Positions 38,931 to 52,321 of a stretch of 64,000 nt of DNA are shown piece after piece. Made by a program: the position numbers and the translations under genes. The DNA is from Epiperipatus broadwayi (taxonomy: Eukaryota; Animalia; Onychophora): positions 13,826,001 to 13,890,000 of the forward strand of contig JAQFVV010000010.1 of assembly GCA_028023455.1 (NCBI GenBank), in the 5' to 3' direction. Numbering within the stretch: the stretch's first letter is position 1; the number at the start of each line of letters is the position of its first letter. The notes under the pieces were generated by a model that saw only the letters and a list, made by a program, of their open reading frames with translations, ran no database searches and had not been told where the DNA came from.

Positions 38931-40479
38931 TCTGGAACAATAGCATAGTAATTGAATTTAAGATGAGTCTAATCAGCTAGACTATTCTAGCAAAGGCTCT
39001 ATAAAGCATCTTGATTTTAAAAAATCATAAGAATACATAAAGAAAAAGCATATTTTATAAATTTTTATTTGACTGAACAATTTATTTTAAATTTTATATA
39101 AGCAATGCAAAAGAATATTTATGCCCATTTATAATCTGAATGTAAGCAAATAGAGGGAATGAAATCTCTTACAGTTACTGTATAGTTTATTTTTTAGTTG
39201 CTATAAGCTATAAAAATTGAACCAATCAATTTGCAAGTAACACATATTTTGTGAATACTCTTCCTTACCAAATGCCTAGAGAAAAGACGAATTTCCATCC
39301 CAAATAGAGATTTTGTTTTTTATGTTAAATAATGCAATTGTGACTGATCTAATTTTAAAGTATAAATAATTAATACAGTGGTCTAATTTAATCCAAGTCT
39401 ATCTCAACACATCTAATCAACATACAAAGCAGACTTATAAAATTCATTTTTCATAAAAATAACAAAAAAAAACCTGAGCAAATAAATCTACATTGAAATA
39501 TATAGTTAAACAAATAATGATACTATAAATATATGTAAGCAAATTTAGATGACATAATTTGTTCATAACACCATATACTTTTTTTCATTTCCAATATATA
39601 TTGGTCTTTTCTATTAGCGATTGTTATGATTTTTACATCATCTAATTAATATCTGAAGAGAAAGGTATTTGTAACTTAGAAGAGATTACATCACCTCAAT
39701 TTTCTTATCTATATTTATGATATCTTATTTATTTATTTACATGTTTTGATGTGGGATTTAATCAGTGAATCTCTTTACATAAAATGAATTTTATACTAGT
39801 ATTATGATAATTATGTGCTGATTAACCATTCGCATTATTAGTATAAGACTGAGATCACTATTGGCATAGAGATCAATCTCCTCTTTACACAATTGACAAG
39901 ATTGTCCCCCAAATATGTCCCGTAAACTGATTGATTCATTTTTACATCCTATAGCCTCAATTTTCTAACATATAGTTATGAATGTATTATTTGTTTAATT
40001 ATACAAATTACATTATTTGCATTGCTTCATAATTTTATGAATATTAGAAAAAGAACGGATCTTTGTGCAACGTTATAATCAATCAGATTATGCTGAATGT
40101 TCTAATAATTTATAATCCTTTATCTTTGAACAATTTATTTTTAAAAAAATGTTAAAGCAGTCAATATTTTATTAATGGTAAATGAAATATAATATTCTAT
40201 TACCTTTCGGTCTTATTTAAATATACTGGACTGAAATCAGTAAATAGAAAAATGATGAAAAATTGATTTTTCTAATAGAAAGAAAACTAAAACAATTAAA
40301 ACACAGCATTAGTTATGAAGTTATAGGGAAGGCTTTTAAATAGTTGGATAGATGGATAACTGATGATGGAAATAATATTAAGGCAATTAGTGAAAAGTGC
40401 AAATAGCTAGCAATTTGTAATGAGTTGGAGATTATTTGTGATCTATTGAAATTATATTTAAGAAAATTTGTAAATGTTT

Positions 40480-41075
40480 TGTTTACCACTTTATTTAGAA
40501 ATTAATAACTACAAATACTTTGACCAGATTATTACTACAGATGGGAACATAATGGATGAAATTTATCATAGAATTAAACTTGATTGGAGTCTTTTTGATA
40601 GAAATAACTTGATATTAAAATGAAATATACCTATGTGTTTGAAAAAGATTTTTTAAAAAACGTGTTTTACCAGCTCTTATTTATGGATTTGAGACATATA
40701 ACAGAAGAGTGATCAGAGACTTCAGACCACTCAGTGAAGTATGGAGAGATGCATTTTAGGAGTAGCAAAAATAATCGAAAACGAAATACATGGGTCAGAG
40801 AACAAACAGGTGTTACTGACATCATTGAAAGAATTAAGAGACTGAAGTGGAGTTGGATTGGGAAAGAAATGATAATCGATAGACAGTTGAATTCTTAAAC
40901 TGGATTCCAAGAGATTGTAAAAGACCTAGAAAGCGACTATATATAAGGTAGATCATTGAAATAAGAGTGTGCTGGGGCAATGTAGAGAAGAGAGGCTAGA
41001 GATTGGAGAAGATATATTGAACTTAGAGAGACCTTCATCCTATAGTGGATCGATACTAGTCGAAAATGATTATGA
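40480..41075 (+). mobile_element. RTE-clade LINE 3' end
   Basis: VLPALIYGFET; KRNTWVREQTGVTDIIERIKRLKWSWIG; LNWIPRDCKRPRKR; ends in a GAT/TAT microsatellite-like tail. A second RTE-like 3' remnant probably follows (~41090-41340). Confidence 0.85.
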
Positions 41076-44000
41076 TGATAGAGTTAAGATATAGGCAAGT
41101 AAGAAAAGAGAAAAAATTGGAGACTTTAGAGATCTGGATTTAAAATGGAAAAAATATTTTGGAGAAATAAGATAAACAATAAAGGGAGAATTGAAAAGCA
41201 TAAATAAATAAATAAAATATTGAAGTAATTAAATTGAATTTAGTATGTATTTTGAAGCAAGAGAATTATGAAAGATATATTGGAAATGGCTCTGAGAGTA
41301 AAAAGAAAGAAATATAGGAAAAGAATTTGATCTCGGGTAGGAAGAAAAGTAGTTTAATTATTTAAGGCAAGGGATATAAGAGCTTGAAGATAGTGATTCT
41401 GATTTAGGGTGTGAGATATATCAATGATAAAAGTAGTCCTAGTATCTATTAATAATTAAAGTATTGTAAGAGAATTTATTTTAACATTTAGGTTTTTATT
41501 AATAAGAAATAAACAAAAATAATTATATTTTATTGATAATTTACTGGATAGTAGTATGTAAGTGGGAGGGTTTTCTTATGAACATAATATTAGATAACAT
41601 GTGTTTAGACCAATTAGACTAATTTATGATCAATCAATTTATCAAATCAGTTTAATATTTTCAAGTTTTTTAGTTTTTGTCAGTGTACTTTCACTTCAAC
41701 TCTATTATATCATAACCATCTACCAGCATAGACATTCTAGATCTCTCATTTTATACTTTAAATGATCAAATTTCAGTGTTTAAAATTTGTCCATAATGTT
41801 AACTTTTTATATAAAATTTAAAAATAATAAATCTAAAACAAAATTGAAACAGACAACTAAATATAAATAAAAAAATATTTAACACATTTAACCAGGGCTT
41901 TTCATTTCTTATTGGAATCTTATAGTGATCTTTTATTTTATAAAGTCACATGACCAACTACTCTATAGCAATTCCACCTGTTGGACATTATTTACATTAC
42001 ACTACAATAAATACAATTAGTAATATATATATATTTATAAAATAATCTACAAAAATAATAATTATAATTCTAAAGTTTCCAATACTCTAACAATGCCCAT
42101 TATATATTTATATTTTAAGAATAACTTTCACTCATCAGATGAACTAGAAGCATTAAATGTCTGAATCTTTATTATTTTTTTGTGGTAGTTTAAAAGCATT
42201 TTTACTGAGAAAAATAAATGGAGGAATTTTTTTTCTAATAAGTCATTAATGATTTATTTATTTTTTAATTTATACAGTTTTAGCTAATGATAACTAAATT
42301 ATTATCTAGATTCGAAAATAATGTCAATTAAAAAAAAAAAAAACTATTTGTCATACAGAAGGAATAAATGTATAATTTTAAAGAAAATATGTAGATAGAT
42401 TTTTGAGTGACATTTTTTCAATTTTATTTGAAGGGTATCATTTTTGCATAAATTATATTAATTTCTTAATATTTTAACCTATTTATTTACACTAAAAATG
42501 TATAAATATTTACCATGCTAATTAAATCATTTTGATTACACCTTTTTTTTTTTTTTTGTAATCCTCTTTCAAAGTATTGCTGCTTAGATTATTATAGGGT
42601 CATAATTTGGGTATCGCTTGAGATCTTAAAATAGGGATTTGAATCTAGTAATGAATGGCTGAATACATTAATTAACTAATAATTATAGTATTAAAAAAAT
42701 ATTTTTTAATTCTAAATTTTTTTTTTTTATTTATTTATTGCAGCATTTTAGAATAATTTTGAAACATATCATAGTTTATAATCTGAAAAACATGATTTAA
42801 AAATTTGTGTAAGTGAACCAGAAAACGTATCAGTATATAATAGACAGTTAATATGCCAAATATAAATATGGATAATATATTGTAAATCAAATTCTATATT
42901 TCAGCAATTTCAACACAAAATTACAAAATGGCTCTTTAAATTTTTATGATTATCAGACTTTTATTATTTTAGCATGAGTAAGGATTTATATAATTTTTTT
43001 TTTTTTTTTTTTGGTAGTAGTATCAACGACCGTACCAGTTACTTGACGGCACTGGTGCTACTCAAAAACAGTTAAATATACCATTTTTGAGACCGCCAGT
43101 AATGCCTTGTAGTGTGTTATGCTAATTATATCTCGCAATTCACACTACTTTCAAGCAGCCTGTTCTTACCCTACAAATGATCGGTATTGAGTCTGTACTA
43201 TCATCTAATTTGAAATGTCATTTAATAAATTATTATATTACATTTAAATGATGTACTATGATGTCCAAAAAATTTTCAAACCGTCTCAGTATTTGTGAAG
43301 ACTTTGTAATGGTTTAAAAATAGGGAAAGTTTTGTTATAAGCGCAACTTCTTAAACAGTCATGGCAGTTGCGAGACATTAGTTTGTTAATGCATTGATTT
43401 GTTTTTGTATTTTAATTTTGCTTAAACACTTAATTTACTATTAGAAGAATAACATACATATATTAAATTTAATGTAAAAAAGGTCGAATAAAGTTTTTTT
43501 TCTTGTCGTTCAGTCTGATTAGTTTGTTTATCAAGTAATGCATCTTTTGGACGATCCTTTGGATCGTTAAAGACATCAGGATCCCCCTATGCCTATTTTT
43601 ATCAGTTTATTTTTTTCTAAAAAAAAAAAATTGTTTTTTACTTGACTACAATTTGTAACAGTGTAAGAACTTTTTGAGTTTCTTGCAGCTAATGGATGTT
43701 TTAAATAAATGGTGGAAGTAGGTGTTGAATTTTTTTATTTAATCAGGGAAAAGTATTTATCTGAGAAACTTGAGTAAGAGCACTATATTTTTCTATATAC
43801 AGTATATATAATTTATTTATGAATTGGTACTTTCATTTGTTTGTATATAAAATATAACTAAAATATAGGGTATTTTGTTTAATATGTGTTTAAAGACTGG
43901 CTAGATTAAAATAACTTTTCTATTTCACTTTTACCTTTATAATTATAATATAATAAATGAATATTTGCTTAACTTGCTAATTTATAAATATTTTTCATTA

Positions 44001-44096
44001 AAGTTCAATATTATATTATTTTTTATTTGTTAAATGTTTATTTTTAACATGTTTCTAATCTCTTTTTTTTATTTTTTTATACGCATATTATTAAAG

Positions 44097-45452
44097 GTAT
44101 GGAGCCCATTTCCCCTTTCTGGAAAATCAGGAGGGATAACTAAAGATGATGATGCAATGTTTGAAGAAAGACCAGTCTATTCTCATGAGGAATATATAAA
44201 TTTAGTTTTACGTAGTGGACAAGTTATGTCACATGATTATAGTCACCAGTCAACAAAAGAAGATCCCCGGATGATGGCATTTTTTGACTCTCTAGTCCAG
44301 CGAGAAATTGAAGGGTGGACATCAGATAGCAGTTTATCAAGCACAAATACAGACTCCTATTTACTAAGCACATTTATAGAACCATCAAGTTCTGATTCAG
44401 ATTCTCTTTCATCAGCAGGTGCAAGTGATGATGATCGGGGCTTAAGCCCATTCACTATTGCATATGCTAGTGCTATGAATAGGACTTTAAATACTACTCA
44501 GAGTGATTATTCATTTACTTTGTTGAATTTAGATGAAGAAGTGGTCCGTAATGAAAATTATCGTCCTGCAGATGTTAATCGACCCTCAAGTAGTACAAGT
44601 CAAAGGCCACCAAGTATATCCCAGTTGATTGCACAAAAAAGGCGAGAACAGCAATCTAGGTTAGTTTCAGATACTCGTGTAGAATCACAACGTGTTAAAA
44701 AAAAAAAGATTAAAAGCTGGAAGCTTGACTCTGATCATAGTGACACTTCTGAAACCCCCAAGAAAAAGTTACGTATATCACTTGAAAAAACACCAGCATC
44801 AGCTACTGCCACTTGTGCAACTAAGAAATCTGCAAATAATAATGTCACAGATGACAGCGATAGTGAAGAAACTGACACAAGGCAATCATTGCCAGTTTTT
44901 CTTCAGCTGTCACCCCTCAAAAATGACAAAAGACGATTGTTGCGCAAACGACGAGCTCGTCTTTTGCAGGATATTTCAGACTCTGATTCTGATGAAAATA
45001 AAACACAAACTGTGAATAATAGTAATGGAAATAGTCAGCCTGCTATATCACTTTTGGAAGTAAAAATGGACACAACTGCTGTTACCAATGGAATTGTAAG
45101 TCAAAAAGAAAATAAAGAAACTGAATCAAATCAAAAGTCAGACTGTGTGAAATCCATAGAAAATGGAAATAATGATTCAGAATACATTTCAGAAACATCA
45201 GAAATTGGAGGACTCTCTTCTCCAATAGCTGAAGCATCAAATAATAGTCTGAAAATAAATGGTATGGAAGATAAAAACAATTCTCATGAAGCTGGAAGTA
45301 GCCATACTAATCCACCTGACACCAATGGTGAAGTAAGTGGTAGTAATGGTAATTCCACTTGGCTGGAATTTAAACGCTTTAAAAATAGAGTAGAACGTGC
45401 TAGGCGACATTACAGGAGGCAAAGCACAGCGGATGATAATTCTAGTGACTGA
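44097..45452 (+). CDS. DCAF5: DCAF5 terminal coding exon (conserved EDPRMMAFFDSLV motif plus long low-complexity tail)
   Basis: In frame after the AAG acceptor (AG at 44095-96). VWSPF...YSHEEYINLVLRSGQVMSHDYSHQSTKEDPRMMAFFDSLVQREIEGWTSDS, then an S/D/N/K-rich tail to TGA at 45450-52. The six exons total 2026 nt, about 674 aa in this window. Confidence 0.95.
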   Translation, partial: VWSPFPLSGKSGGITKDDDAMFEERPVYSHEEYINLVLRSGQVMSHDYSHQSTKEDPRMMAFFDSLVQREIEGWTSDSSLSSTNTDSYLLSTFIEPSSSDSDSLSSAGASDDDRGLSPFTIAYASAMNRTLNTTQSDYSFTLLNLDEEVVRNENYRPADVNRPSSSTSQRPPSISQLIAQKRREQQSRLVSDTRVESQRVKKKKIKSWKLDSDHSDTSETPKKKLRISLEKTPASATATCATKKSANNNVTDDSDSEETDTRQSLPVFLQLSPLKNDKRRLLRKRRARLLQDISDSDSDENKTQTVNNSNGNSQPAISLLEVKMDTTAVTNGIVSQKENKETESNQKSDCVKSIENGNNDSEYISETSEIGGLSSPIAEASNNSLKINGMEDKNNSHEAGSSHTNPPDTNGEVSGSNGNSTWLEFKRFKNRVERARRHYRRQSTADDNSSD

Positions 45453-46555
45453 ATTTTATGTTGCTTATTCTTTAAAGTTGAGAAATGCAATATCATTGTG
45501 AAGAAAAATGAATGTTATATATCTTTATTTGAAATTATTGGAATCAAATTTCAAAAAAAAAATAATAATTACAATGAACTTTTATATTAATTTAATTTGG
45601 GAGAATATAAAAAAACAAAGAAAAAAAAAGAAACCATTTCTTTCATATTCATGAGACAATACACAAAATGTTTTATAAATCTTATGAAATATCATGAAAG
45701 AAATTGAAATATATATATATGTGTATATATTTTTCTTCTCCAAAGTTGTTTATTAAGCGATTAATGGATAAATAAATTTTAAAAACTATATAATAATTTT
45801 TTTTTTTTTTACAAAGAGCAAAATTGTAAAGTTTTAAAAAAAAACTTTTTATCATTTAAAAACTAGTCAGTAAATGGTCAATTTTTTTTTTGACATTAAA
45901 ATTTGACCTGTCTTTCTGTAAGATTTTTTTTTTCCTTGAGCAAAGAAAGTAAGTTGGGAAATAATTTGTAAATATCTGTATTGATGACAAAGAATAAAAT
46001 ATATAGTCATCTTTAAAAAAAAAAAATGTGAGAAAAAAGTTGTTACTATTTACTTTGGTAATGGATAACAATTTTAAAGGTTATTCCATATCAGAAGGAT
46101 TGTACGTATTTATAGTCATCATTTATTAAACTGTCTTTGTATTAAGCGCTTTGAGTTTTATTTGATCTATTATACTAAAACGTAAAATAATAAATATACA
46201 TATATATTATTAAAAGTGTGTTTATTTATTAGTTTAAAATTTAATGAAGATAAAAAAATTATATATGTGTAATATATATATGTATGTGCATGTATTTATT
46301 TTACAAGATGTTACTAAATGCCAGTAGATGACTTTATTTCAAAACCATGTTTTTTATCATAGTTTTTTTAAAAATTAAAATTATGTTGTGAACTAATAAA
46401 CTTATAAATTGTGTTTGTGTGTACACACATATCCAAATATACATATATTCATAAGTCCTATTCCTTCTTAGCCCTGATAATTAATTCTAATAAACTAGTA
46501 AATGATATCAAATTTTATTGTTTGCAAATTTAAAAATGTTTGATTTGCACTACAC

Positions 46556-47047
46556 CAGGGGTGGGCATCATTTTGGCTCGGGGGCCACAGAAGCTGGCAG
46601 AGGGCCGCATTGGGGGCCACTTTGTGGAAACAAAAGTTAGCGGAGGGCCGCACCTTTTTTTCATGACACAATAAACACACTGCTTTATTCCCTGTATTAC
46701 CAAAGAAATATTTGTTTATCCATTCTTCATTAAACACACAACATTCATCATCAATTTTACATTTTTTCAGAAGTTTCATGGTTTCACTAAAGTTGGAAAT
46801 GTATATATTTTCTAATGCAAAGACAAAATTGAAATTAACCAGATCAATTGGAAAAGCACTGCACATTGTATCTACACTGTGCATGTGTATTGATGTGGCC
46901 TTCCTAGTGGAAAATAGGAGACGAATATTCGGTCGCGCACAGGAAGGAAATCTCAGTTCAAGGCGGATTTTTCTGATTGTCTTGGTGGGCCGCATAAAAA
47001 CGCTTAGCAGGCCATGTGGCCCTTGGGCCGCTATTTGTCCACCTCTG
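46556..47047 (-). mobile_element. Internally deleted hAT transposon (Buster/SPIN/GTF2IRD2-like)
   Basis: Ends CAGGGGTGGGCA / CAGAGGTGGACA. 8-bp flanks CACTACAC / CGCTAGAT have the central TA typical of Buster. The minus-strand remnant KKCKIDDECCVFNEEWINKYFFGNTGNKAVCLLCHE is the transposase N-terminus. Confidence 0.88.
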
Positions 47048-47641
47048 CGCTAGATTATAAGTAAACTATATGGATTATTTTTACTATTTGTTTTTCTGTT
47101 TGTTTGTTTGTTTTGTTTTCATTTTAGCAACCAAAGAAAGCAAAACATGAAAATGGCAATATTATATTAAGGTTTTTCATAAACAGTGTTCATACTTAAA
47201 GGTGAATAATTTTGATATTTGAAAACTTAAAATATTTTGCTTTGCTCGTAATTAATTAATTTTTTTTTTCATTTTGGCTATCAGACAATGTAAAAATGAG
47301 GCACCATATTAATATTCTTTATAAATAATCTTATATATAAAATAGATGTGCAAATTATTTTAGCAATTTTTACTTTTTTTAATGAAACTTTGAAATCCAT
47401 TTAATATTGTATGAAAATATCATAAATTTCATAGTTTTATCTTAAGATATTTTGCAGTCAGATGCATTTGAATTTCTCAAAAAAATATTTTCTATATGTG
47501 GACCTATAAAATTTCAAGTTAGAAACAAATTAGAAAAATGAAAACAACCATTTGTCCATCTTTTAATAAGTTTCTTTGAACATATAAGAAATTAAGATTT
47601 TGAGATCTACTCAAATTTAGAAATAAAATTTTTGTTTATAC

Positions 47642-47830
47642 TAAATGCTTTTATTGACCGTGCACTAAAAAGCAAAAAAAAAATTATTTCTTTAACACAA
47701 TTGGAGCGGATTGACTTAATTAATTTCTGGACATCCCCCATGTTTTTATTTCAAGTTAAATCTAGAAGTCCCAATTGGGGTTGAAGAAACTTTTTTTTTC
47801 TTTTTAGTGCACAGTCAATAAAAGCATTTA
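47642..47830. mobile_element. MITE-like fold-back element
   Basis: 31-bp terminal inverted repeats TAAATGCTTTTATTGAC(C/T)GTGCACTAAAAAG with one mismatch; imperfect pairing extends to ~60 bp. Confidence 0.75.
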
Positions 47831-49702
47831 ATATAAAAGAAATGTTTATCCCTATTATTTTTATGTTTTTAGTATTGTCAATTAATTAAAATTACCTATT
47901 TAAAAAATTAATGTATCCTATCATTTTCATAGACATTTTAAGCTAATGTATAAAATCTCAATAAGTTATATTGAACTTAAATGTATTCAATATCAATTTT
48001 TAAATGTTGAAAAATGTTATTAAATTAAAAGAAAAAATATTTCTATTTTCCTCAAATAATAAACAGATTTTTCAATTTTAATAAAAGCATTTAAAAAAGA
48101 GAATGATTTTAGATAACTATAACAAATTTACATTAGAAGCCAAAATTTACTTTTATTTCACTTAATCCAGATAATCACTTGACGTTAAACATTAGTGCTA
48201 CATCCAAATCTCCAACTAAAATTTTTAGCTATGATCTTTTTCATTGAGACTATTGTATTTTGCACATTCATTAACCATCTTTAATTTTTGTACTATTCAA
48301 GTTAGCAATCTGAGATTAAAACATCTTAAGGAGTTGAACCCAAACTAAATTGACACTGATTATTATAAAATATATATAGTTTTTATGTCTAACTGTAGGC
48401 ATTTTGAACTCTTTGGAAAAAATGGAATTTTTTAAACAAAGCATCATTCTTTCTGCTTTAATTTTATTAAAAGAAATAATTAGAAAAGGCTGTGTTTTTC
48501 AAAATTTGTTGATCCTTGTTCTAAGACCTACATTGAAACTTGTGGATAAAATTGATAATGAAATAAAATGGATTGGCCTAATTGTTTGGTGAATATGAAT
48601 CTCATCAATTCCAAAAGACTATCTTAATGAATATATCATTCTATCCAAAGAAATGACTATAAGTATGCCAATGGATTGAAAAGGGAAATGAAAATATTTC
48701 ATATATACAATGGAGGTCAATTGACAAATGTGCTCTTAAAATAATTTTAAAATGATGCATAGCTGAATATCTTTTGTGAATTATTATCTGTGTAGAAAAA
48801 AACACTGCATCAGCAATTGGCTTATTATGCTTCTTTGAAAGAGAATAAAGCTATCATTAATTATATTTTTTTAAAGAATTATTTATTTGTTATGCGCGTT
48901 TAAGTTCAATCCGAAGTAACTGTATTCTCTGCTGCAGTCTCTTACAGAAAGCAGGATTGCCTAAAATACACAAATTTTTATTTCTTGTTAATGTTCAATA
49001 TAAAAAGAATAAAATTACAAATATATATCATTGTAAACAACTAAAATACTGAGTGGAATTTTTGCCACAATAAAGTAATTTGTGATCGTTTCAAGAACAG
49101 ATTTGCAATGAAAGTAAGTCTTCAATAATCTTACTTGGGTTAAATCAAAAGTTTCTTCCATCTGTTCAATTAGAACCAAATTATTATTTATTTAACACAG
49201 TTTTTCTATTATATAAATGATAAACCTCTTGAGAAAGTATCTTTCAACAAGAGATTTTATAAATTGGCTTCTATTTCAACAAGAGAAATATTAACAAAAT
49301 AATTTCAGAACTGTAATAGGTTGTACTTAAGTTTATCAAAAGACAGAATTATCTATAGAATGAAAGCTTTTTTAAAAAAAACCATAATTTTTATTGTTTA
49401 TAAATGTGAAAATGTCATTTATTTTAATTAATGCAACTTAGTCAAATTAGTATACTGAATTTTTTTTAAATGTCACATAAAGTAGAACAAAATGATTTCA
49501 TTTTTATAGTTACTAATTTGAAAAACATGTTTTCTTTGTGGATCTGCACAACAAAATTAGTTATTTTTGAGAAATTTGAAGCCTCTAACTACAAATTAAT
49601 TCTTCATAAAATTTTGGGCCTGTTATGATAAATAAAAAACTATATAAAATACTATTAAAATTTAAAATATTAAAGATTAAAAAAAATAACCTAAAAAAAT
49701 TG

Positions 49703-49765
49703 GATAATATTTAATTATGTAGAGATCATTCCAAATGAATGATCTCTACATAATTAAAGATTATC
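49703..49765. repeat. 29-bp inverted repeat (1 mismatch) with 5-nt loop
   Basis: The core TTAATTATGTAGAGATCATTC-CAAAT-GAATGATCTCTACATAATTAA is perfect over 21 bp. Confidence 0.9.
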
Positions 49766-50670
49766 AGTTATAATTAAAATCTTAAACGTTTGCTGAAGAA
49801 TATTACTTGTGATACTATTAATAAAATTATTCTAGATCATTCTTTGTGAAATGAAATTCTGTAAAAATATTTTAGCAATGATAAAAATATTATTGTAATA
49901 ACATAATGATGGTTTCTTTAATATTACAGCTTTTATGTTTGAATCTTCACCAATATTCTTATTATACTTTATATAAATAGTATATAATTTAGATTTTAAA
50001 CATGCTAAATTAAAATTGTATTTGTTGTGGCAATTTTTGTTAATTAGAATTCATCTTTAGAAAGATTTCAAATTCATTTAAAAAAATTGGTTAATAGTGT
50101 TTAATTATACTCAAGTACCTTTATCAATGATTTCTACAAAATGACATATCTAATAAAATTTGGAACTTGCAAAGCAAAAATTTTACAGTTTTGAAATTAT
50201 ACAATTAAAGGACAAACTATTATGTAGAATGTGTAAAATGTAATTTAAATTAAAAGAATTTGATATTAGGGAAGTTAAGATTGCCATAAAAATGAGACCT
50301 GTGTGCTTACACACACTCATATATACATCCAATATTTTATAGGTAATGCATCCATTTTTAAAAGTATAACAAAATTGTAAATAGACTTACTGCATTTGTA
50401 ATGTAAATATAGATATTCTCATTTAATGGTGATGTTTATGCCTGGATCTTTTAATTTGTCTCCAATATTTATTATTCCAGTTACATTTGTCATCTGGGAA
50501 ATTTTTCAAGGTTTATCTGACCTGTATTTGAATCTTAGGTAGAGAGTATATTTACTATTATGTGTTATTTTTGTTGATTGTGCTTATATTAAATCCTGTG
50601 TTTTACATGGATTGAAAGTAAATTTTAGATTCTGTTAATAGTTTTTTTTTCAAAGCGTGATAATGCATTA

Positions 50671-50698
50671 TTTATTATTTTTTAATTTCCAGGTAAGT
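50671..50698 (+). other. Candidate recursive (zero-length exon) splice site
   Basis: T-rich tract then TTTCCAG immediately followed by GTAAGT (AG 50691-92, GT 50693-94). Confidence 0.35.
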
Positions 50699-52321
50699 TT
50701 ATGTTAATGGTTAAAATAATTTTATTTAAAAATACCAATGATTGGAAGTTAAAATAAAATTATTACGCTAATTTATAATAACTGATAATTTTTAAAGTGA
50801 TTGAAATAAATTATTTTTTTTTGTAGAACAACTTTTTCCAAAAATTAGTTTTAACTAGCTAATATTTGTTTTATGTAGATACAAAATAAAAAATACTAAA
50901 ACGTAGTTTAAATATAGTAGTAACATTTATTGTACCAAGTATACTTTCAATAATTTCATGTTATATTTATGGTGGGTCTGCTGAGAACATTAATTTTTGG
51001 CTGATTTGAATGCTATTTGATTTTTAGTTCATTATGTATTCATTTTTTGTAATGAACCACATCTTTTATGTTTGCGATTATTTTTTTCCTTACACATAAT
51101 TTTAACAACACTTGGATCACAATTATGGTCATGCTCTCTTTCATGATTATGAAAGGCAGAGAGTTAGTGGCTTTGGACTTAATCTTAGATTTTTTTATAC
51201 ATTAATGAATATTGAGTCATTCCAGTTCTAAGATTTGCCCTGCTATCACCATAATATAAATATGGGTGGTCTTTTTGGTTGCAGCTTAAGCACAGACCAC
51301 ACTGGGCTGGTACAACACCAAAATTCTATCCCCCATATTGTCAACATGCCTGAGCAAATCCATGGAGGCCCCGAATCCAACAACAAACCTATCCAAACAC
51401 ACCTGCTCCACACCACTACCCATATATGACAATATTTTTTACATCATAATAGTTAGAATGGCAGAGTGTCCAAATGTAAATAAAAACTAAATTACAGATT
51501 GGATTAGGTTTCTAATTTAAAATACTTAAGCATACATTACAGTTGAAGGATTTCAGGATGATGTAGATGTACATCTGATAGCTATAACTATACCTAAAAT
51601 TAAATGGAAGCAGGAGATATTTTGAAGAAACATGAACTTAATCTAATATTTTTATCTGAAAAATAAGTAATCTACCTTGGTTAGGTAAGTGTCAAAAATG
51701 ATTGTAATATGGTACAACACTTGCTACTTCTCAGTAAAGTGCATATATCATAAATACTGGAACATGATTTATCTTTTTTCAATGCAGTTGTCAATTTTTT
51801 TACACTTTTTTTTTTTATAAAAAGTGCTGTTCAAATACAAATTAAATTTAGGAATTTTTATTATCAATCTTAAATTAGGAAGAAAGTTTCTGACCCAGTT
51901 GTTAAAAATTTCCAAATGAGCACTCATTGGAATTCAATACAAATATTTAATAATGATTATTTGTAATTTTGATGAAAATTTCATTCCATTTAAAGACATA
52001 TTACCATTTAGCATCCAAGTTGATCAGTATTGTCTTTATATGAGGAGGGATTATGAATAGATGTTTGCTGTGCAGGATCTATTAAAAAATATTCTATATA
52101 AAAAAACTCATCACATTTATTAACATGTAACAGTATGCAGCAATGTAAAATATAGTTTATTGGTGAAATAACACATTTCTTAATTAAAATTTAATGGCAA
52201 TATTTGTTTTTAAATATAAATGTTATCAAAATCTTAAATAAGTCAATGATTACTTGTAAGTTTTTGACAACTGGACTGTGAACTATGGTTGTGGATAAAG
52301 TAGCTGCCTCAAAAAATAATA

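Noticed and set aside
42121-42140. Minus-strand CTGATGAGTGAAAG
   Set aside because: No room for stem II and no flanking helices.
44034-44096. ORF-track start codon for a 472-aa single-exon protein
   Set aside because: The first 21 codons are intronic T-rich sequence. Homology begins at VWSPF after the AG at 44095-96, in phase with the upstream exon.
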